Positions 19,516-24,954 of a DNA stretch of 24,954 bases are shown piece by piece (within the stretch, counting starts at the first letter, position 1; every line of letters begins with the position of its first letter). Origin of the DNA: a virus (lineage: Duplodnaviria > Caudoviricetes). The DNA is taken from the IMG/VR virus record IMGVR_UViG_3300010389_000128, positions 1-24,954 of that record; one strand, written 5' to 3'. The translations under genes and the position numbers were made by a program. The notes below the pieces were generated by a model. It made no database searches, was not told the DNA's origin, and saw nothing but the letters and a program-made list of their open reading frames with translations.

Positions 19516-20514
19516 ATGAATAAAATAAGTTATACTATAACAGATCCAAATACAGGTCAAGTAGTAAACAAAACAATGGATGATACACCAGAAAATAGAA
19601 TATTGGTGGATACATTAGCAAAAAATAGAGGTCTTACAATAACTTATGCTGATAGTCCAGAAGCAGTTGGCGCAGCAGCAGAAGAAACAATAATGGAAAC
19701 AGAAACTCCACAAGGAGCACTATTAGAAGGTTTCCTAACAGGTGTTACACTTGAAGGCAAAGAAGAGATACAGGGTTTATTAGGTGGAGAATCAGCACAA
19801 CGAAAAGCAGAACTACAAAGAAAAAAAGTAGAAGAAGAAAGACCGGTTAGTTTTGGTGCTGGTAAGTTTGTTGGTGGTTTAATACCTTCTGGACTTGCTA
19901 CCGCTGCTGGTGGTGTTCTTGGTGGTGCTGTTGCTGGTCCTCCTGGTGCTCTTGCTGGTGCTGCGTTAGGTGGTGCTGCAGCAGCGGGTTTAGAAAGTAT
20001 ATTGGAAGAACCTATGGGCGAGAAAGATGTAGGTTATGAAGATTTACTTGCTAGTGCTATTGGTGCAGTTGGTGGTGGAGTTGGTAGAGGCGCAGCACCT
20101 ATAATAAGAGGTGTTGTAAGAAAAATAAGTTCAAAACCTTTATCACAACTATCAGCAAACGAAAGATTGCTGAAACAACAACTTGATTTTCTTAAAACTG
20201 AAAAAGCAAAAGCAGGTTTGTATTCAGAGCAAATAAAACAGGGCAAAATAACAGGGAAACAAGCAATACAACAAGCAAAACAAAATAGAGCAATACAAGA
20301 AAATATAAATAAACTAGAAGTAGAAATAGCAAAAAATCTAAAAGACAACTTCATGGCTGGCGCTCCTGTATCTGGTTTGGAAATGATGGGGGATACACCA
20401 ACTATGTCACCAGAAGAGATGAAAGAATACGAAAGATTATCTGTTGAAGAAGCACTAGAAAAGCAAAGAAAAAAGAAACAAACTCCCGTTGAGTTAGAAG
20501 ATATTTATTTTTAA
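19516..20514 (+). CDS. Putative ejection protein with glycine-rich hydrophobic segments; N-terminal paralog of the next gene
   Basis: Shares 'G.L.G..L...EEI.G.LGGE..Q..AE.QRK..E.ERPV....G..VG' and 'PMGEKD' with 20523..23066. Confidence 0.6.
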   Translation: MNKISYTITDPNTGQVVNKTMDDTPENRILVDTLAKNRGLTITYADSPEAVGAAAEETIMETETPQGALLEGFLTGVTLEGKEEIQGLLGGESAQRKAELQRKKVEEERPVSFGAGKFVGGLIPSGLATAAGGVLGGAVAGPPGALAGAALGGAAAAGLESILEEPMGEKDVGYEDLLASAIGAVGGGVGRGAAPIIRGVVRKISSKPLSQLSANERLLKQQLDFLKTEKAKAGLYSEQIKQGKITGKQAIQQAKQNRAIQENINKLEVEIAKNLKDNFMAGAPVSGLEMMGDTPTMSPEEMKEYERLSVEEALEKQRKKKQTPVELEDIYF

Positions 20515-20522
20515 GGAAGATT

Positions 20523-23066
20523 ATGGCCACTTACGATCCAACCGAAACAATAAAAATAAAAGTTATAAAACCAGAGATAGGCGATTATCGTGAAATAGAC
20601 GTTATGCCTGACGAACTTGATGTAGTAAAAAATGCTTTTATACAACAAGGATATCAAGTTGGTGAAATAGCAAGCGAGAAAACAAGTACTCTTGGTGCTT
20701 TTGGTGGTGGTATTTTACAAGGTGCTTCATTAAATTTAGAAGAAGAAATCTATGGTGTATTGGGTGGCGAAGAAGTACAAAAAGAAGCAGAGAAACAAAG
20801 AAAAAGAGAAGAAAAAGAAAGACCGGTTGCAAGAATGGCTGGTGAAGTTGTTGGTAGTATTATTGGAGCACCAGCAAAAGTAGCAGGCATGACAGCAAAA
20901 GCAGCATCAAAGTTAGGACCTATGGCTGCAAGAGGTTTAGGAGCGCTTACAGGAGCTGCTGAAGGTGCTGTAAGTGGTATTGCATCTAAACCTATGGGTG
21001 AAAAAGATAAACTTTCTGCTGTTGATGTTATAACACCAGTATTAGGTGCTGCTGGTGGTGCTGCTTTTACAAAGGGTAAAAAAGTTTATCGTGGTACAAG
21101 AAGCGATAAAATGCTTTCTGTAAAGCCAGAAAGAAAAGAAGCTGGTGAGCCAAGTGTTATTTATTTTACAGACAATCCTAACGTAGCAGAAACTTATGCT
21201 GGTAGACAAGGACATATACACCAAGCAGAACTATCTATGGAGAACCCACTTGTTATAGACGCACAAGGTAAGGGTTTTAAAGAAATACCTATTGATACAG
21301 AACAAGGTACTGTCTTGATGAAGACAGATAAAGCAGCAGATTGGGCAAAGAAACAAGGATACGATGGTGTAATAATAAAAAATGTATTAGATCCAGGTGG
21401 AAAACCTACAACCACTCCTTTTAGCGAAGAACAACTGCTTGGAACAAACTATATTATTTTTAACAAAGAAAAAGTTATTGATCCACAAACATTTACTGTA
21501 AAAACAAGAAAAGAACTACAAGATGCTGGTTTAGAACCAGTATCGTTGTTAGGAAAAGGTAGTCAAAATAAAGTTTATAAAACAAAAACACCAGAAGGTA
21601 GAGAGTTTGCTGTAAAATGGGGTTCCAGAGATGAAGATATTATGGGTTGGGCCAATCTTTCTTCCAAAGAAATACCTATTGCCAAACAAATAAAAGAAAT
21701 AAAAGATACAAACATACTTACTCCACAAGAAAGTGCTACTTTGCCTGACTTTGAAATAGGACAAAAAGGTAAAGTTTCTTTCTTAAAAAGTAAAGTTTTA
21801 GAACCACTAACAGAAGATGAACAAAGACTTATAAAAGAAGTTATACCACAAACAATAACAAGAGATACAATAATAAATATTGACGAAATACCGTCTGATT
21901 TCCCACGAGTTATAGAACTTGCTCAATCACTCAATAACTTAAGACGTGTTGCAACAAGAATGGATAGTATAACACCAGATAATCTTATGGTTGATCCTGA
22001 CTTGGATAAAATAGTTATTTCTGATATTGGCGACATCAAGTTCAAGCCGATGGAAGAAATAAAAAAAATAAAATCAGCAGAACAAGAAGCGACAGAAGGC
22101 GCATTAGAAGTATTTGAAAGTAAAAGAAAAAAACAACCAAAAACTTTTGGTAAAATGCAAATGCCAGGAATCAAAAAACAACTAGAAAACCTGGGTATTA
22201 TAGGTGGTTTAGGAAAAAAACAAGAAATAACTAGTGAAGAACTTAATGTTATACAAAAAGTTTTTCCTGAACTTGGACTTGAACCTGTACTTCAAAAAGG
22301 TAAAGTGTTTGATCCCTATACAGATTTATCAAAACCTGCAATGACTTCCCGTGTTGGTGGTGGAATAACTGCTGATGTTTATAGTGCGGCTGTTCCAAGA
22401 AGTTCTGTTGTAAGTCCAGAACAAGCTCAAAAAGCAGCAGAAGATTTAGCAACTATAAAACCAGAAGATTTTACAAACTTAATAAAACTTGCAGAAGCAA
22501 AAACACAAGCTCCAAAAGAAGGGCTAATGCTTGATACAGAACAATATGTTGTAAAAATACCTCATCCATCAAAAGGTAGAGCCATGGCTGACATAAGAGA
22601 ATACCAAGAAAACGAAATAGGTATAAGGCAAGCTTTGGAAGAAGCAAGAAAAACTGGTACAGTATCAGCAGAAACCATGGAGCACTTCGTTCCAACACGA
22701 CTTATTGATTTCCAAAACCCAATAGATAATGACTATTATACTGCTTACGTAATGCCTAAACTTGAACCAATACCACAAGATCTTTATATGGAAATAATGA
22801 GAGAGTTTCCAACAAGTTTTGATCCACCTATGAGAAATGCTTATAAACTTGAACCTTATCATATAAGCAAACTATCTAAACAAGCACAAGATTTATTTAA
22901 AGCACTTGAAGACATAAGGGATAAAATAGGAGTTTATTGGGTTGACTTACACGGTGGAAACGTTTTGTTAGATCCTAAAACAAATAAACTTGTAGTTATT
23001 GATCCAGGACACTTTATGCATTTTCCAACAAAAAGTCCACCAAGCATAAGAACAAAAGAACTATAA
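20523..23066 (+). CDS. Polyvalent-type protein: ejection-like N-terminus, ADP-ribosyltransferase-like domain, two protein-kinase-like domains
   Basis: ART-like 'VYRGT..IYFTDN..VA.TYA..L...NPL.ID..GYDGVII..YIIF'; kinase 1 'LGKGSQNKVY..FAVK..PDNLM..VISDIG'; kinase 2 'VGGG..ADVY..VVKI..E..YVMPKL..DLHGGNVL..VVIDPG'. Confidence 0.8.
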   Translation: MATYDPTETIKIKVIKPEIGDYREIDVMPDELDVVKNAFIQQGYQVGEIASEKTSTLGAFGGGILQGASLNLEEEIYGVLGGEEVQKEAEKQRKREEKERPVARMAGEVVGSIIGAPAKVAGMTAKAASKLGPMAARGLGALTGAAEGAVSGIASKPMGEKDKLSAVDVITPVLGAAGGAAFTKGKKVYRGTRSDKMLSVKPERKEAGEPSVIYFTDNPNVAETYAGRQGHIHQAELSMENPLVIDAQGKGFKEIPIDTEQGTVLMKTDKAADWAKKQGYDGVIIKNVLDPGGKPTTTPFSEEQLLGTNYIIFNKEKVIDPQTFTVKTRKELQDAGLEPVSLLGKGSQNKVYKTKTPEGREFAVKWGSRDEDIMGWANLSSKEIPIAKQIKEIKDTNILTPQESATLPDFEIGQKGKVSFLKSKVLEPLTEDEQRLIKEVIPQTITRDTIINIDEIPSDFPRVIELAQSLNNLRRVATRMDSITPDNLMVDPDLDKIVISDIGDIKFKPMEEIKKIKSAEQEATEGALEVFESKRKKQPKTFGKMQMPGIKKQLENLGIIGGLGKKQEITSEELNVIQKVFPELGLEPVLQKGKVFDPYTDLSKPAMTSRVGGGITADVYSAAVPRSSVVSPEQAQKAAEDLATIKPEDFTNLIKLAEAKTQAPKEGLMLDTEQYVVKIPHPSKGRAMADIREYQENEIGIRQALEEARKTGTVSAETMEHFVPTRLIDFQNPIDNDYYTAYVMPKLEPIPQDLYMEIMREFPTSFDPPMRNAYKLEPYHISKLSKQAQDLFKALEDIRDKIGVYWVDLHGGNVLLDPKTNKLVVIDPGHFMHFPTKSPPSIRTKEL

Positions 23067-23085
23067 ACAACACAGGAGTAAAAAA

Positions 23086-23310
23086 ATGATTTGTGAAAAA
23101 TGCGGTAGCGAAATACAAGACGAAGAAATGATGGAAGACGAGGAGATGGTTGAGGAAGAAGAACTATCACCAGAAGAAATGAAAGAAGCAGAAAAACTTG
23201 TACCAGACATAAACATAAAAATGGTTTTTCTAAAAGACAAAATGCGAGAACTGGGTAAGTTCAAAGATATGTTGGACGAAGACGAAGATGAGGACGACTA
23301 TAATGCCTAA
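23086..23310 (+). CDS. Small, very acidic protein with N-terminal CxxC
   Basis: AGGAG RBS; MICEKCG followed by a D/E-rich body. Confidence 0.65.
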   Translation: MICEKCGSEIQDEEMMEDEEMVEEEELSPEEMKEAEKLVPDINIKMVFLKDKMRELGKFKDMLDEDEDEDDYNA

Positions 23311-23449
23311 TCTATTTGACAACATAAGAAAAAAAAGAAAACGTGGAGAACCACCTGCTAAACCAGGAGATAAAGATTATCCTGACGAAAAGAGTTGGAA
23401 AAGAGCAACAGCAGAAGACATAGCAAGAAAAGAAAAAGGTAAAAAATAA
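23303..23449 (+). CDS. 48-aa basic phage peptide (not in the ORF track): MPNLFDNIRKKRKRGEPPAKPGDKDYPDEKSWKRATAEDIARKEKGKK
   Basis: GAGGA RBS; fills the gap exactly, with a TAATG overlap at 23449; 'L.DNI..KR.RGE.PAKPG...YP' is a motif I recognise from phage hypothetical proteins. Confidence 0.7.
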   Translation: MPNLFDNIRKKRKRGEPPAKPGDKDYPDEKSWKRATAEDIARKEKGKK

Positions 23450-23691
23450 TGGCTGAATACAAAGGTAGAAAAGTTAAATTAAATAAACCTATGCGTGGGG
23501 ATCGTAAGAAGTTCAAAGTTTATGTTAAGAACCCAGAAACAGGTAGAGTTATAAAAGTAGAGTTTGGCGATCCTAACATGAGAATAAAAAAGAATAACCC
23601 CGAAAGACGTAAAGCTTTCAGGGCTAGACATAACTGTGATAATCCAGGACCAAAGACAAAAGCAAGATACTGGAGTTGTAAGAACTGGTAG
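23449..23691 (+). CDS. Conserved basic phage protein of unknown function
   Basis: 'KKF.VYV...G.V.KV.FGDPNM.IK...P.RRK.FRARH.C....K.KARYWSC..W' is a recurrent domain in aquatic phages. Confidence 0.8.
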   Translation: MAEYKGRKVKLNKPMRGDRKKFKVYVKNPETGRVIKVEFGDPNMRIKKNNPERRKAFRARHNCDNPGPKTKARYWSCKNW

Positions 23692-24180
23692 TTATTTATG
23701 GTAAACTTCTTTTGCCTCTAAATATGCCCTTCTCGCTTCTTCAGCCGTGTTGTAAGCGCCGAGGTTTGTTTTGATGCCTTCTATTCTTATCTGTGCTCTG
23801 TATTTGCCTATGGACTTATCATAGTAATAACCTTTACTTTCTCTTGTCCATCTTTGACCTATGTTTCTGCTGGTTGGTTCTTTCTTTTTGATTGACAAAC
23901 CAAAAGGTGATCGTGTATAAATGTTATACATATTATCTTTACAGTTGTCTATGTATTGTTTCTCCAAACTCTTAAGTTGTTCTGGGGTACAATCTAACAA
24001 AAAAATAAAAGCAAAAGATTTCTCTCCGTAGTCGTTCCAGTCCTTTTGTAAATGTTTGTTTGAGTGTTTATTATTTGACAAACTGTTACGATGCTGGTAT
24101 TGTCTACGTTCCCAGTCAGTAGTAGCACCAACGTAAAGTTTTTTATTTTCTATGTTTTGTATAATGTAAATGCCTATCAT
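23692..24180 (-). CDS. Free-standing GIY-YIG homing endonuclease with C-terminal AP2-like DNA-binding domain
   Basis: 'GIY.I.N..N.K.YVG......R...H...L....H.N..LQ..WN.YG...F..E..YID..YN' plus 'KG.YY.K..GKYRAQI...G....LG.YNT.EEA..AY..A'; AGGAG RBS. Confidence 0.88.
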   Translation of the reverse strand: MIGIYIIQNIENKKLYVGATTDWERRQYQHRNSLSNNKHSNKHLQKDWNDYGEKSFAFIFLLDCTPEQLKSLEKQYIDNCKDNMYNIYTRSPFGLSIKKKEPTSRNIGQRWTRESKGYYYDKSIGKYRAQIRIEGIKTNLGAYNTAEEARRAYLEAKEVYHK

Positions 24181-24202
24181 TTGTATTCTCCTGTAAGTTA
24201 TA

Positions 24203-24240
24203 AGAGGTTGCCGCCTCTATAACTAAATAGTATGCAAAAA
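24203..24240 (-). promoter_or_regulatory. Putative phage-specific promoter for the endonuclease, with a 5' hairpin
   Basis: Minus-strand CTATTTA (24230-24224), N5, then +1 A at 24218 starting the hairpin AGAGG-CGGCAA-CCTCT. Confidence 0.55.
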
Positions 24241-24300
24241 TAGAAAAGGAACCCACAAGATAAAAAAAAATATTTTGTGAAAGATCTTAACACTTTTTAT

Positions 24301-24323
24301 TTTTGGTGATACTATTTATACAT
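24301..24323 (+). promoter_or_regulatory. Putative phage-specific promoter
   Basis: TTTT..CTATTTA at 24312-24318; +1 at 24324 is the first base of a hairpin. Confidence 0.55.
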
Positions 24324-24437
24324 AACAGGTTATTAGTTATCTGCCTACCTTTGCCTGTTGTAAAAAAAATATTTTTTTTTATATCTCCTTAAATGTTTTT
24401 TAACCCTCACTTTTCCTTTCGGTGAGGGTTTTTTTTT
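24324..24437 (+). ncRNA. Predicted ~115-nt small RNA carrying anti-SD-like segments
   Basis: Bounded by the promoter motif and an intrinsic terminator; 5' stem AACAGG/CCTGTT; no ORF. Confidence 0.55.
24402..24437 (+). terminator. Rho-independent terminator
   Basis: AACCCTCAC / GTGAGGGTT stem followed by a T-run. Confidence 0.8.
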
Positions 24438-24468
24438 CTTAACATTTAGTAAAAACTATTCTATGCTT

Positions 24469-24480
24469 CTATTTACTAAT
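24469..24480 (+). promoter_or_regulatory. Putative phage-specific promoter
   Basis: CTATTTA at 24469-24475; +1 A at 24481 immediately precedes the hairpin GCAAC-TTGA-GTTGC. Confidence 0.5.
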
Positions 24481-24879
24481 AGCAACTTGAGTTGCAAGGG
24501 TAGTGAAAAAACAATAAAATAGTCCGGTGAAATAAAAAAAAATAAATCCTGTAACAAGGTAGTTTTTATTTCTTTGAGTGTAGCGAAGTCTGGATCAAGA
24601 GACGGGTAGCGCGGGTACTATGTTGAAAGTTAGTTTATCTATTACAGCTCTGGCTAACCATAGTATCGCAGAAAGACACATACGGTGAGACAAGCTCTGG
24701 AGGTTAGTGATGAGCCATTCACTAATAGAAACGCCTTGTCTATTGGAATACAATCTCATACTGTTGTATTCTACTACCTTGAGAACTATGAAGACCAAGG
24801 CAGATTAAGTTTTCATAGAGCGACAAACAACTACAAGGGTTGAGGGTATAAAGATCTACGGGTCTTTATATTTTTTTTT
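24481..24879 (+). ncRNA. Predicted ~400-nt structured non-coding RNA of unrecognised class
   Basis: At least seven stems, including a long-range 9-bp helix; G-U wobbles favour the + strand; ends in a terminator; no credible ORF. Confidence 0.6.
24847..24879 (+). terminator. Rho-independent terminator with C(UACG)G tetraloop
   Basis: TATAAAGATC-TACG-GGTCTTTATA followed by T9. Confidence 0.8.
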
Positions 24880-24954
24880 CTAACGGTTCAAACCCCTCTA
24901 TGGAGAGATCTACCTAAAACAAGAGAAATAAAGAAATAAAGAAAAGAAGAAAAG

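Noticed and set aside
525-23264. Many short antisense or overlapping ORFs in the track (e.g. 2453..2698, 3616..3888, 10495..10776, 14226..14543, 16404..16673, 20034..20354, 23061..23264)
   Set aside because: They are shadows of longer, motif-bearing genes with biased composition and lack RBS support.
24551-24597. GTAACAAGGTAG and CTGGATCA resemble the 16S rRNA 3' end
   Set aside because: Only two short matches, with the wrong intervening helix and no CCTCC; the first is explained by the long-range stem. Probably chance.
24595-24798. 67-aa minus-strand ORF
   Set aside because: No clear RBS or motif; it overlaps stems whose wobble pairs and terminator indicate a + strand RNA.
23692-24879. Group I intron housing the GIY-YIG gene, or RNase P/tmRNA
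   Set aside because: The nuclease is on the opposite strand to the structured RNA and no interrupted gene flanks it; AGTCCGG (24521) lacks the RNase P P4 partner; there are no tRNA-like ends.
1-24954. Alternative genetic code / stop-codon reassignment
   Set aside because: Genes tile densely under the standard code, and TAA, TAG and TGA all serve as stops.

Overview
AT-rich tailed-phage (Caudoviricetes, probably podovirus-like) genome segment. In order it holds: a 5'-truncated mosaic tail-fibre/adhesin with 13 DUF285/BspA-type repeats and its accessory genes; a GroES-like / putative TerS / TerL packaging cluster; an early-type island of seven small paralogous 'GDLV..G.V.E..V.W' proteins behind two near-consensus sigma70 promoters; an N6/N4 DNA methyltransferase with an internal duplication; two minus-strand tail-like genes; a block of structural and putative ejection proteins ending in an 847-aa protein with an ADP-ribosyltransferase-like domain plus two kinase-like domains; small charged proteins; a GIY-YIG-AP2 endonuclease; and a terminal ~750-nt non-coding region. 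The strongest unexplained signals are: (i) a phage-specific promoter-like motif CTAYTTA-N5-A, seen six times, whose +1 falls exactly on an ATG or on the start of a 5' hairpin; (ii) two predicted ncRNAs downstream of it, a ~115-nt RNA with anti-Shine-Dalgarno segments complementary to the early-gene RBSs and a ~400-nt multi-stem RNA; (iii) the ART+kinase effector; (iv) near-total AATT avoidance. All functional calls come from motif recognition by eye; no searches were run.
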